Of a stretch of 64,000 nucleotides of DNA, positions 46,816 through 56,665 are shown piece after piece; within the stretch, counting starts at the first letter, position 1; the number at the start of each line of letters is the position of its first letter. The translations under genes were made by a program, and so were the position numbers. The notes beneath the pieces are model-generated. The model saw only the letters and a list, made by a program, of their open reading frames with translations. It was not told the origin of the DNA and did no database searches. The DNA is from an uncultured Gammaproteobacteria bacterium (lineage in GTDB: Bacteria > Patescibacteriota > Microgenomatia > Levybacterales > GWA1-39-11). The stretch covers positions 426,375 to 490,374 of the forward strand of contig CAYVKP010000001.1 in assembly GCA_964452165.1 (NCBI GenBank), given 5' to 3'.

Positions 46816-48477
46816 GTGGAAAAAATATTCAAGCAAAAATCGATTTTATTTCTTGCACTAATAATAATTATTGCAGCTTTTCTAAGATTTTATCATCTAG
46901 CCAGTAATCCTCCAAGTCTGACGTGGGACGAAGCCGCTTGGGGTTACAATGCCTATTCGATAGGAATTGATGGAAAAGATGAGTTTGGGAGATTTCTTCC
47001 AATAACATATCTGGAGTCTTTTGGAGACTTTAAGCCTCCAATGTACGCATATCTTGATGTGCTACCTGTAAAAATTCTAGGCTTAAACGAGTTTGCTACG
47101 CGTTTTCCCTCTGCTTTTTTTGGAGTCCTTACTATTCTAGTATGTTATTTCTTGACCAAGAGAATATTTAAGGGATCTAAAAATGTTGAACTTTATGCAG
47201 GTCTGTCATCTCTGCTTCTCGCTATTTCTCCATGGCATATTCTCCTCTCACGCGCGGCATTTGAAGCAAACGTTGCATCATTTTTTATAGCCCTTGGAAT
47301 ATTATGCTTTCTTGAGGCAGTCCAGAGGAAAAAATGGTTTATCGTGGGTTCTGCGATTTCATTCGTCTTATCTATGTATACGTTTAATACCGCCAGGGTT
47401 TTTACTCCCATCATTGTCTTGGTGCTGGTTTTTGCTTTCAGAAAAAAACTTTTTCAAATTAAGAAAGAGATTATAATTGCCGCGGTAGTTGGCGGATTAA
47501 TGTTTATCCCGCTTTTCTTCTTTCTGTTGACTCCTCAAGCCAAGCTGAGATTTCAAGAGGTTAATATTTTTAGTGATCCCGGTATTGTCAAAACTTCAAA
47601 TCAAAAAATAGCAAACGATGACGGCGCCATTTGGTCAAAAGTCATCAATAATAGAAGGGTTTATTATGGTTTAAGTTTTATGAATCACTATTTTGACAAT
47701 CTCGGTCCTCTGTTCTTATTCATAAGAGGAGATGGGAATCCCAAGTTTTCAATCCAAACAGTCGGCCAAATGTATATTTGGGAAATCATAACTTTGGCGG
47801 CCGGAGTTATTTTGCTCTTCAGAAAAAGAGAGGGAGAGTGGTGGTTAATTCCTGTCTGGCTCCTGCTGGGAATTATTCCTGCGGCAACTGCTAGGGAAAC
47901 TCCACATGCTTTAAGAATTGAAACAACACTACCAACATTCCAAATTCTTTCAGCCTACGGACTTGTAGGTTTGTATCAGATTATTGCCGAAACAAAACGA
48001 AGGATTTTTAAAATACATTTGTCCACAATCGTTTTGTATTATTTTCTAATCTTTGCCATATTCAACTTCTTATATTTTTACCATGACTATTTTGCAAACT
48101 ACCCAAAGGTTTATTCTCGGGAGTGGCAGTATGGCTATAAAGATTCAATAGATTACGTCAGTCAGGTTGCGAATAGGTACGACAGGGTATACACCACAAC
48201 TTCTTTGGGAAGACCATATATTTACTACCTATACTATATGAAGATTTCACCCGATGAATTCAGAAAAAATTCTACTGTCAGTCGCGACCCCTTTGGATTT
48301 GTAACAGTAAAAAGAGTTGGAAAATTTTATTTCGGTAGCAACGATTCTCGAGATCGCGCAAAACAGCACAGCGTTCTTTACATAATGGGTAATCCTGACA
48401 TTCCGGGTAATGCTCAAATTCTTAAAAAGTTTAATTCACTTGACGGTAGCTTTGTTCTTGCAGCTTACACTTTATAA
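46816..48477 (+). CDS. ArnT/PMT-like (GT39/GT83) GT-C membrane glycosyltransferase, tandem paralog 2
   Basis: 'PSLTWDEAAWGYNAYSI'. The architecture matches 45087 and 48480. Confidence 0.75.
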   Translation: MEKIFKQKSILFLALIIIIAAFLRFYHLASNPPSLTWDEAAWGYNAYSIGIDGKDEFGRFLPITYLESFGDFKPPMYAYLDVLPVKILGLNEFATRFPSAFFGVLTILVCYFLTKRIFKGSKNVELYAGLSSLLLAISPWHILLSRAAFEANVASFFIALGILCFLEAVQRKKWFIVGSAISFVLSMYTFNTARVFTPIIVLVLVFAFRKKLFQIKKEIIIAAVVGGLMFIPLFFFLLTPQAKLRFQEVNIFSDPGIVKTSNQKIANDDGAIWSKVINNRRVYYGLSFMNHYFDNLGPLFLFIRGDGNPKFSIQTVGQMYIWEIITLAAGVILLFRKREGEWWLIPVWLLLGIIPAATARETPHALRIETTLPTFQILSAYGLVGLYQIIAETKRRIFKIHLSTIVLYYFLIFAIFNFLYFYHDYFANYPKVYSREWQYGYKDSIDYVSQVANRYDRVYTTTSLGRPYIYYLYYMKISPDEFRKNSTVSRDPFGFVTVKRVGKFYFGSNDSRDRAKQHSVLYIMGNPDIPGNAQILKKFNSLDGSFVLAAYTL

Positions 48478-48479
48478 AT

Positions 48480-50132
48480 ATGTCTAAAAAAACAGTTATA
48501 TTAATGCTTGTTGGGATTGTTTTTGTAGCGTCCATTTTGCGCTTGTGGCAGCTCGGGAGTATTCCGCCCTCACCGGACTGGGACGAGGCAGCCCTTGGTT
48601 ATAATGCCTACTCAATTTTGCTGACAGGCAAAGATGAGTACGGGAAAGTGCTGCCGGTAGTATTGCGATCGTTCGACGATTACAAGCCGGCATTCTACGT
48701 CTATCTGATAGTTCCGTTAATTAAGCTTTTTGACCTTAGTACTTTCACGGTTAGATTACCATCTGCAATATTCGGTGTTATCGCAGTTGTTGCAACTTTC
48801 TTTCTTGTCCAGACGATTTTTGACAAACACAAATACAGGGATTCACTTTCACTTCTCGCGGCGTTTATCCTAGCAATTTCACCAATTGCGCTTCAAGTCT
48901 CCCGTATCGCATTTGAATCAAACGTTGGAATGGCATTAAATCTTCTAGCCGCCCTATTTTTTATCAGAGGTCTTAAGAACCATAAACTAATTTTCTTATC
49001 GGTGGCGTGTGCTGTACTTTCAATATATACATACCAAAGCGAAAAAGTTTTTACCCCGCTTTTTATGTTTGTGCTCGTAGTTATCTACTGGAAGAATTTT
49101 TTTGCTTTACCCAAGAGATACATAGTTGGCAGCATAGTTTTTGGAATAATTATTATTTCCCCCATGCTTATTTTCCTGACCACAAATAAAGCCGCGCTCT
49201 TGCGCGCTCAGGCAACTAGCATTCTTGCTGACAAGACTGGTCTTTTGAAGCAAAATGTTACCAGGCAAACTTATGACAGGCAAAGTGGTGATAAGCTGGG
49301 ACAGGTTCTTGATAATAGGAGGTTTGAATACGCAAAAGATTTTGTAGCAGGTTACATTTCACATTTTGATTTTAATTGGGCGTTTATAAATGGTGATCTA
49401 AAACGTCACCATGCACCCAATACTGCGCTTTTGTACCTTTGGGAAATCCCCTTCTTGCTACTTGGGATATATTATTTGATTTTTGGTGAGATTGAAACTA
49501 AAACTAAATTGTTAGTTTTCTCGTGGTTTCTCATAGCCCCAGTACCCGCAGCGTTTACAACCGGTGTTCCTCACGCGCTTAGAACTCTAAATTTCCTACC
49601 AACTTTTCAAATATTCACCGCAGTGGGTTTACTCGGTGCAATTCATGTTGGCTTAAAGAACAAAAATAAGCTTAGATATCTTCCCATTCTTGGAGCAGCA
49701 ATCTTCATAGTCTTTAATTTCATTTTCTTTTTGGATCAATACTATAACCAGCAAAACTATTTTTATGCTGCCGAGTGGCAGTATGGTTGGCAACAAGCGG
49801 TAGATTTTGTAAAGCCTGTCGAAGGAAAATACGACAAAATAATAGTTTCGACTAAAGAACCCCTCGACGAGGCGCATATGTTTTTTGCCTTTTACTTAAA
49901 GTATCCCCCATTGGATTATCAAAAGACTGCCGGACAAAAGTCTGGTGGATTTGGAGTAGAAAGACATTACGGAAAATATGAATTTAGACCTGTTGACTGG
50001 GATAAAGACTCTAAATTACCAAATACTTTGATAGTCGCAACCCCACACGAGATTCCCGATACGACGGCAACAGTTGAAACGATTAACGATCTAAATGGTT
50101 CCACAGTAATGAGAATTGCCAGCACTAAATGA
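48480..50132 (+). CDS. ArnT/PMT-like (GT39/GT83) GT-C membrane glycosyltransferase, tandem paralog 3
   Basis: 'PSPDWDEAALGYNAYSI', with 'AEWQYGWQQAVDFV' in the C-terminal domain, shared with paralog 2 ('REWQYGYKDSIDYV'). Confidence 0.75.
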   Translation: MSKKTVILMLVGIVFVASILRLWQLGSIPPSPDWDEAALGYNAYSILLTGKDEYGKVLPVVLRSFDDYKPAFYVYLIVPLIKLFDLSTFTVRLPSAIFGVIAVVATFFLVQTIFDKHKYRDSLSLLAAFILAISPIALQVSRIAFESNVGMALNLLAALFFIRGLKNHKLIFLSVACAVLSIYTYQSEKVFTPLFMFVLVVIYWKNFFALPKRYIVGSIVFGIIIISPMLIFLTTNKAALLRAQATSILADKTGLLKQNVTRQTYDRQSGDKLGQVLDNRRFEYAKDFVAGYISHFDFNWAFINGDLKRHHAPNTALLYLWEIPFLLLGIYYLIFGEIETKTKLLVFSWFLIAPVPAAFTTGVPHALRTLNFLPTFQIFTAVGLLGAIHVGLKNKNKLRYLPILGAAIFIVFNFIFFLDQYYNQQNYFYAAEWQYGWQQAVDFVKPVEGKYDKIIVSTKEPLDEAHMFFAFYLKYPPLDYQKTAGQKSGGFGVERHYGKYEFRPVDWDKDSKLPNTLIVATPHEIPDTTATVETINDLNGSTVMRIASTK

Positions 50133-51409
50133 AAAAATCAATTTCGAAATTTTGGAATACAGAAATTTTTGGAGTCGGCCTTCCTGTAATTATCGTTTTT
50201 GCTATAGAGATAGTCTTAAGATCTTATCAAATTGATATCAAAAACCCGTTTGGATATGATCAAGTTGATAATGCATGGGCCGCCAAAAACATAATAGTTA
50301 ACCACTGGTATCCTCTCGTTGGAATGGTGGCAAAAGCCAATTCGGGAATTTATATAGGACCGGCATATTATTATTTGATATCTGTCTTCTATTGGTTTTC
50401 AAACCTTAATCCGGTTGCGTCAAGTCTATTTGCTATTTTCACAAGCGCCGTCTCTTTTTGGATTTTATATTACGCGACTTCTCGTTTATTTTCAAAAGAA
50501 GTGGCATTTATTGCAGTTTTCATAAATACGTTTAACTTCATAACAATGTTATTTGACAAAATCCAATGGCCCGTAGGGTTTTTGCCTGCGATATCACTTT
50601 TGATTTTCTACCTTTTATATAAATCAATAACAGGGGATATCAAGAAATTAATCCCATTAGGTATCGCAATAGGAATTGCTTTTAATCTACATTTCACAGC
50701 AATATTTTTTCCAATTATCGCACTTCTATGCTTTCCTTTTTTGCCCAGAACCCGACAAACTCTTAAGTATTTATTTTTGTCGCTTCTATCGTTTATTCCA
50801 TGGCTCATCCCGAGCGGCATTTACATGTGGGTAAACAAAACGTCAGGTTCCAACGTTTCATATATCAATAACTATTATCACGGATTTCATCTTCGAAGAT
50901 TCCTGCAGATAATAGGTGATGCATTTTTGCATTTTGATACTTATCTTCCTGATAATATCAAAAAGATAAAGTTAGCATTGCCCATAATTTTTGCGATAGT
51001 ATATCTTAAGGATAAAATCAAAAATGAAAATAAAATTAAATTTCTTTACATTGCCGGTCTATTCTTCTTAGTGCCATGGATAGTTTTTTCTACCTATAAA
51101 GGTGAGATGACTGATTATTATTACTCCATACATCGTTTTTTGGCCTTAGTAATTATCTCCTACCTAATTTATAAAATTTGGTTGGTAAAAAATATTGTCG
51201 CAAAAGCATTCGTCTTGGTGATGCTTAGTATTTACGCGTACTACAACCTGGCTATGTATTTGCCCTATAAAGATGTAGGTCTTGCAAAGCGAACCGAAAG
51301 AGCGGTGGATGCAGTTAACGGGGGAAGCAGGATAGAATTTCAGGTTGGGGTTCCTGAGTCATATATATATTACTACTTGATGAGACAAAGGGGAAAAGAC
51401 GTTTACTAA
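50129..51409 (+). CDS. Polytopic membrane protein, GT-C-like (426 aa), family uncertain
   Basis: It has an early-loop acidic motif 'YDQVDNAWAAKNI' and about 11 TM segments. It overlaps the upstream gene as ATGA. Confidence 0.5.
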   Translation: MKKSISKFWNTEIFGVGLPVIIVFAIEIVLRSYQIDIKNPFGYDQVDNAWAAKNIIVNHWYPLVGMVAKANSGIYIGPAYYYLISVFYWFSNLNPVASSLFAIFTSAVSFWILYYATSRLFSKEVAFIAVFINTFNFITMLFDKIQWPVGFLPAISLLIFYLLYKSITGDIKKLIPLGIAIGIAFNLHFTAIFFPIIALLCFPFLPRTRQTLKYLFLSLLSFIPWLIPSGIYMWVNKTSGSNVSYINNYYHGFHLRRFLQIIGDAFLHFDTYLPDNIKKIKLALPIIFAIVYLKDKIKNENKIKFLYIAGLFFLVPWIVFSTYKGEMTDYYYSIHRFLALVIISYLIYKIWLVKNIVAKAFVLVMLSIYAYYNLAMYLPYKDVGLAKRTERAVDAVNGGSRIEFQVGVPESYIYYYLMRQRGKDVY

Positions 51410-51453
51410 TACTGCCTCAAGCTCAGCCAATTGTGATATCATAATATTTATCA

Positions 51454-52227
51454 ATGCAGACCCTATCTGTAGTACTTGCGACATATAACGAAGAAAAAAA
51501 TCTAAAAGCTTGTCTTGAGAGTTTTGCCGACTTTGCAGATGAGATCGTAATCGTTGACGGTTCATCTACCGACAAAACTGCTGAGATTGCTCGTGAATTC
51601 GGGGCAAAAGTTAAAGAGACCACAAACAAGCCGAATTTTCATATTAATAAGCAGATGGCAATTGATGCCGCAAAATGTGACTGGATACTTCAAATGGACG
51701 CCGATGAGCATGTCTCAAAAGAATTGAAGGAAGAAATTGCGGAAATACTAAAGGAGAATCCCAAGGAATACAATGGATATTGGATTTCGAGAAAAAACTT
51801 TTTCTTAGGCAGATTTCTTAAAAAGGGCGGGCAATTTCCGGATTACACACTGAGGCTTTATCGGAAAGGAAAAGGAAGGCTTCCACAAAAAGACGTGCAT
51901 GAACAGGCGGAAGTTGAGGGGAAAGTGGGACATCTTAAACACTCCTTATTACACTATCCTTATTCGAGCTTCGGTTTTTATTTGAAAAAGTGGAATAGGT
52001 ATAACGACTTCTCAGCAGCTCAGATCAAGGAAGAAGAAGAGAGTAAAAATATAATCCTGAAAATTTATGACGCATGTTTATATCTATTTGTGAAACCCAT
52101 TGTGTGGTTTCTTACAACCTACATTAGACATAAGGGATTTGTTGATTCTTGGCAGGGATTCGTTTTCTCGTTTTTCTCAGCTGCTAGATTTCCTGTATCT
52201 TATGTAATATATTTAACCAGATCATGA
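51454..52227 (+). CDS. GT2 family glycosyltransferase (WaaE/KdtX-like 'ADEIVIVD' subfamily)
   Basis: 'LSVVLATYNEEKNLKACLESFADFADEIVIVDGSSTDKTAEIAREFGAKV...LQMDADE'. Confidence 0.8.
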   Translation: MQTLSVVLATYNEEKNLKACLESFADFADEIVIVDGSSTDKTAEIAREFGAKVKETTNKPNFHINKQMAIDAAKCDWILQMDADEHVSKELKEEIAEILKENPKEYNGYWISRKNFFLGRFLKKGGQFPDYTLRLYRKGKGRLPQKDVHEQAEVEGKVGHLKHSLLHYPYSSFGFYLKKWNRYNDFSAAQIKEEEESKNIILKIYDACLYLFVKPIVWFLTTYIRHKGFVDSWQGFVFSFFSAARFPVSYVIYLTRS

Positions 52228-53210
52228 AAATTTTAGTAACCGGAGGAGCAGGATATATTGGAAGTTTTATGGCACGCGCCTTACTAGATAGGGGAGATCA
52301 GGTTGTGGTCTTCGATAGTCTTGAGAGAGGTCACGCTGAAGTCATTGACTCCAGATCGGAGTTTATTAAAGGCGATCTTAAGAACAAAACAGATGTTGAG
52401 GCAGTTTTTCAAAATAGAGGAATAGAAGCTGTTATGCATTTCGGTGCTTATGCGCTTGTAGAGGAGTCAACTCGGGAGCCAGATTTGTATTATCAAAACA
52501 ACGTAGTAGGTTCAGATAATCTATTTAGAGCGGCCGTAAAAAATGGTATCCATAGTTTAATATTCTCCTCAACTGCCGCGGTTTACGGCATTCCATCTCA
52601 AGTTCCAATTCCGGAAGATCACCCTAAGAATCCTACTAATCCTTATGGACAGACTAAACTAAAGGTGGAAGAGAATTTAGAGCAATTGAGAACAGAAAAT
52701 CCGGATACAAATTTTGCAGTACTACGCTACTTTAATGCAGCAGGCGCTGCTCCGACTGGACGATTCGGGGAGAACCACAAGCCGGAGACTCATATAATTC
52801 CACTTGCGATAAGAGCGGCTCTTTCGGGTTCTGAATTTAGTCTTTTCGGAACCGACTATGATACCCCAGATGGGACATGTATACGAGATTACATACACGT
52901 TCTCGATTTAGTTGATGCTCACATTCTGGCACTTCAAAAACTAAACCAAACTCTGGGTGGATTTTATTACAATGTTGGTACAGGCAAGGGGTATTCGAAT
53001 AGAGAAGTGGTTAGTGCAATTGAGAAAGTGAGCGGCAAAAAAATTGATGTAATTGAGAAGGGTAGAAGAGCCGGAGACCCCGATAGGTTGGTGGCAGATC
53101 CTTCCAGAATAAACCGAGAACTTTCTTTTAATCCTCATAATTCTGACCTTGAGACAATAGTCAAGAATGCTTGGGTTTGGCACAAAAACCAGTTTGATCA
53201 AATACAATGA
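52224..53210 (+). CDS. galE: UDP-glucose 4-epimerase
   Basis: 'MKILVTGGAGYIGS' is the NAD-binding GxxGxxG. 'SSTAAVYG' and 'PYGQTKL' give the catalytic YxxxK. 'LRYFNAAGA' is also present. Confidence 0.9.
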   Translation: MKILVTGGAGYIGSFMARALLDRGDQVVVFDSLERGHAEVIDSRSEFIKGDLKNKTDVEAVFQNRGIEAVMHFGAYALVEESTREPDLYYQNNVVGSDNLFRAAVKNGIHSLIFSSTAAVYGIPSQVPIPEDHPKNPTNPYGQTKLKVEENLEQLRTENPDTNFAVLRYFNAAGAAPTGRFGENHKPETHIIPLAIRAALSGSEFSLFGTDYDTPDGTCIRDYIHVLDLVDAHILALQKLNQTLGGFYYNVGTGKGYSNREVVSAIEKVSGKKIDVIEKGRRAGDPDRLVADPSRINRELSFNPHNSDLETIVKNAWVWHKNQFDQIQ

Positions 53211-53725
53211 GACGGTTACTCTCGTCGGTTATTCTTCTGTTTTTCCTATCTTCCCATGTAGTCTACGCCAGCTCTTCATACGTTTTGCCTTATCCATCAG
53301 CCATGCCAGGGAGCATATTCTACAAAATAGATCAGGTCAAAGAGCGACTCATGGGCCTATGGACTTTTGGTGATTTTGGGCAGTTCACATACAACCTGAA
53401 AGAATCGGATAAATATTTAGTAGAAGCAAAAACTTTATTTGATTACAACCAATACTTACTAGGTTATCAAGCCCTAATTAAATCGGACAATTATTTTAGG
53501 AAAATCGAACCTCATATTATTGCAGCAAAGAAACACGGCAAGAATATACAGGCGGAGGCCGCGACCCTGAAAGAAGCAGAGGAAAAACATATTGGAGAGC
53601 TCACAAAAATGAAAATGAATGTTCCGCAGATCTTCAATTGGCAACCGGAGAAGTCAAAATCTACAAATCTTGAACTTTGGTCTGCTATTGATAATTCTAT
53701 TAAACAAAGAGAAGGGGCTTTATGA
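53207..53725 (+). CDS. Hypothetical secreted protein (signal peptide, 172 aa)
   Basis: The N-terminus 'MRRLLSSVILLFFLSSHVVYASS' looks like a signal peptide. No family was recognised. Confidence 0.45.
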   Translation: MRRLLSSVILLFFLSSHVVYASSSYVLPYPSAMPGSIFYKIDQVKERLMGLWTFGDFGQFTYNLKESDKYLVEAKTLFDYNQYLLGYQALIKSDNYFRKIEPHIIAAKKHGKNIQAEAATLKEAEEKHIGELTKMKMNVPQIFNWQPEKSKSTNLELWSAIDNSIKQREGAL

Positions 53726-54840
53726 TTCGCTCGGTTTTAATTTATATCGTACTATTTTTCTTGTTCTCACTATTTACTTATCTTTTCATAGATCCTAATT
53801 TTTTATATCTTAAGTTTTTGTATTCGGGATTTTTCAGTGCTAATAGGTTAGTTACCACAACACTATACGTTTTCTTTATCTCAACGCTATTCTATCTGTA
53901 TGTGATTATTTTAAAAAAATCTAAAGATAGAGGGGTCGGTAAAATGAAAAAGCTAATAATAATACCACTTGCCGGTTTATTATCCTATCCGGCAGCACTT
54001 TCATTCGACCTATTCAACTATATAGCAACCGCAAAAGTTACTTTTCACTATTTTGAAAATCCGTACGTAATTATGCCGATTCAATTTTTTGGTGATCCAG
54101 TATTACTTTTTACTCACGCAGCTAATAAAACAGCGCTCTACGGGCCATTATGGATTCTATTGACATCTGTACCTTTTTATTCATCCTTTAATAATTACCT
54201 AATTTCCATAGCCCTTTTTAAATTACTGATAGCCGGGTTTTTCTTCGGAATAGTTTGGCTAATTTGGAAGATGACCAAAAGCTCCATGTCCGTATTATAT
54301 TTTGCCGCAAGTCCTTTGGTTTTGATCGAAACATTTGTGAGCGGACACAACGATGTGGTTATGATGTTTTTCGCTCTTGCTTCATTATATTTTCTTAAAG
54401 AAAAAAAAATCTACTATTCGATTATTCTACTTATATGCTCAATCCTCATAAAGTTTGCAACTCTGTTTCTCCTTCCCGTGTTCATTTACTATCTTTACCT
54501 CAAAATTAATAAGAAAGAAGTAGACTGGAATAGAATGTTTTTCATTTCCTTCTTTTTAATGTCGGTAGTATTTTTTCTCGCTCCAATTCGAGAGGAAATT
54601 TATCCATGGTATGCAATATGGCCCATGACATTCCTGTCACTATTTGTGACAGCAAAAAAGACAATTGCAGGAATTTTTACCGTTTTTTCTCTCGGCCTTA
54701 TGCTGCGGTATATTCCATTCATGTTGCTAGGCACGTATTTTGGTCCCACTCCTTTGATTAAAATACTTTTAACTTTTCTACCACCGACGTTATATTTTGC
54801 ATCGACCATTTTAATGAAGAAGAATAAGACTATCCAATAA
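53722..54840 (+). CDS. DUF2029/GT87-like GT-C polytopic membrane glycosyltransferase (paralog of 16009)
   Basis: 'FDLFNYIATAKVTFHYFENPY', 'SGHNDVVMMFFALASLYFLKEKK' and 'EEIYPWYAIWP' are collinear with the 16009 protein. Confidence 0.6.
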   Translation: MIRSVLIYIVLFFLFSLFTYLFIDPNFLYLKFLYSGFFSANRLVTTTLYVFFISTLFYLYVIILKKSKDRGVGKMKKLIIIPLAGLLSYPAALSFDLFNYIATAKVTFHYFENPYVIMPIQFFGDPVLLFTHAANKTALYGPLWILLTSVPFYSSFNNYLISIALFKLLIAGFFFGIVWLIWKMTKSSMSVLYFAASPLVLIETFVSGHNDVVMMFFALASLYFLKEKKIYYSIILLICSILIKFATLFLLPVFIYYLYLKINKKEVDWNRMFFISFFLMSVVFFLAPIREEIYPWYAIWPMTFLSLFVTAKKTIAGIFTVFSLGLMLRYIPFMLLGTYFGPTPLIKILLTFLPPTLYFASTILMKKNKTIQ

Positions 54841-54841
54841 G

Positions 54842-56665
54842 ATGTTGGCTTTATTTTTTCTACTGACAGTAATAAGTAATGGTTGGCTTTTGTCGAAGAA
54901 CTTCCTCTCAGATTACAAAAAAAACCTTCTTGCAAATTCTTTTATCCTTGGATCAATAACTTCTGTTTCGTTAATTACAGTTTTATTATTTGTAACTCAT
55001 GAGATTTCTCATGCGTTGTGGATATACGCTGGGATATCGGTATTTTTTTTCTTAATAAATCACAAAAGTGTTGGGGATATAAGGGAAACCCTCGATAGGA
55101 AAAACCTCATACATTTGGCAGTTTTTTTGTTAACGTTTCTAGTCTTTGAAAAATCTTTTTCTTACGACCCGCATAACAAACAATTTTTGATAGCATCGAA
55201 TCTATATCAAGATTTTGGTGCCCATATACCCTTTATGCGTTATCTGACTTTCGGAAAGAACTATATCCCAGAAATACCCTTTTTTGGTGGATCAGGCCTT
55301 ACATATCACTTTATGTTCGATTTTTACGCTGGAATACTTGAGTACTTAGGCTTGAGATTAGACTATGCCATCAATTTAATATCCACTCTTTCTTTTGTGT
55401 CGTTTGCCAGTGTAATGGTTACATTTGGCTACCGCTTTTTTAAAAGTAGAGCGGTGGGAGTTGTTGCGATTATTTTCATGATTCTAAATAGCGACTTATC
55501 AATCATGAATCTTATTGGTAAATACGGCTTATCTTTTGCTTCTATTTACCACAATAATACTTATCCTGTGGGAAATATATTGGGGTTGGTTATTAATGAG
55601 AACTTTCTTAATATAAATGTACTTCTTAATCAACGCCATTTAATTTTCGCGCTAGCAAGTTTGATTTTGATTTGCTCCAGCTTATTTGCTTCAAAAGGAA
55701 AACTAAACGGTATCCAAACGATTTTCTTAGGTACCATTATCGGACTTATGGTTTTCTGGCATGTATCCGTTTCGATTTGCATTTTCATTTTACTTTTTTC
55801 TTTCGGCTTATTTTTTAAAGACCTGAGAGGAGTTATCGTTAGGGTGTTGTTGGTCGCCTTGGTAGTAAGCGCCCCGCAATTTTACTATATCAAACTGCAT
55901 TCAGACAATAACATTGTATTTATGCCGGGATTCATGATAGCAAAATCTTTATCGGCTAAGAATTTTATTCTATTCTGGATATGGAATTTAGGGTTTTCAA
56001 TTCCAGTGGTAATATTCGGGTTTCTGGCTGGTAACAATCACCAGAGGAAGTTTTTCCTGTGTTTCTTACCCATTTTTATAGTTGCGAATTTGTTTCAATT
56101 CTCAAAAGACATGTTTGATAACCATAAGTTCTTCAATGTTTGGATAGTCTCACTGAACATGCTTGCAGCATATGGCGTTTGGAGCATTTTTAATAGGCAA
56201 AATTATAGATTTGTAGTAATACCCTTAGTTCTCCTTTTGACGGTTTCCGGGTTTCTTCATTTGGTGGTCGTAAAAAATGATGTGTATGCTCGGATAACAG
56301 ATTACAAGTTCAGTAGTACGTTCTCGTGGATAAATAAGAATACAAAATCGGAGGAGATATTGCTTACAAATGGGGAAATCTACGATCCTCTATCTATCGC
56401 AGGCGCCAAAATATTCCTAGGAAGACCCCGATATATTTATCTTTACGGAGGAGACCCGGGCGTTAGAATGTTTGATGAGTCATTAGTTTTTTCTGGCACA
56501 AATAAAAAAGCAATATTTAGCGTTCTAAAATCAAGTAAAATCAGATATATCGTAATTTATAAGACGGGATTTGCAACAAACGCCCAAAAAGTTAATACAG
56601 CCTTTATGAATGATAACTTTTTAAAAATTTATGAGAACAGCGAAAGCACTGTATACAAAATATAA
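54842..56665 (+). CDS. Large polytopic membrane protein (607 aa) of unknown family, possibly GT-C or polymerase-like
   Basis: It has about 12+ TM segments and a C-terminal soluble region. No motif was confidently assigned. Confidence 0.45.
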   Translation: MLALFFLLTVISNGWLLSKNFLSDYKKNLLANSFILGSITSVSLITVLLFVTHEISHALWIYAGISVFFFLINHKSVGDIRETLDRKNLIHLAVFLLTFLVFEKSFSYDPHNKQFLIASNLYQDFGAHIPFMRYLTFGKNYIPEIPFFGGSGLTYHFMFDFYAGILEYLGLRLDYAINLISTLSFVSFASVMVTFGYRFFKSRAVGVVAIIFMILNSDLSIMNLIGKYGLSFASIYHNNTYPVGNILGLVINENFLNINVLLNQRHLIFALASLILICSSLFASKGKLNGIQTIFLGTIIGLMVFWHVSVSICIFILLFSFGLFFKDLRGVIVRVLLVALVVSAPQFYYIKLHSDNNIVFMPGFMIAKSLSAKNFILFWIWNLGFSIPVVIFGFLAGNNHQRKFFLCFLPIFIVANLFQFSKDMFDNHKFFNVWIVSLNMLAAYGVWSIFNRQNYRFVVIPLVLLLTVSGFLHLVVVKNDVYARITDYKFSSTFSWINKNTKSEEILLTNGEIYDPLSIAGAKIFLGRPRYIYLYGGDPGVRMFDESLVFSGTNKKAIFSVLKSSKIRYIVIYKTGFATNAQKVNTAFMNDNFLKIYENSESTVYKI

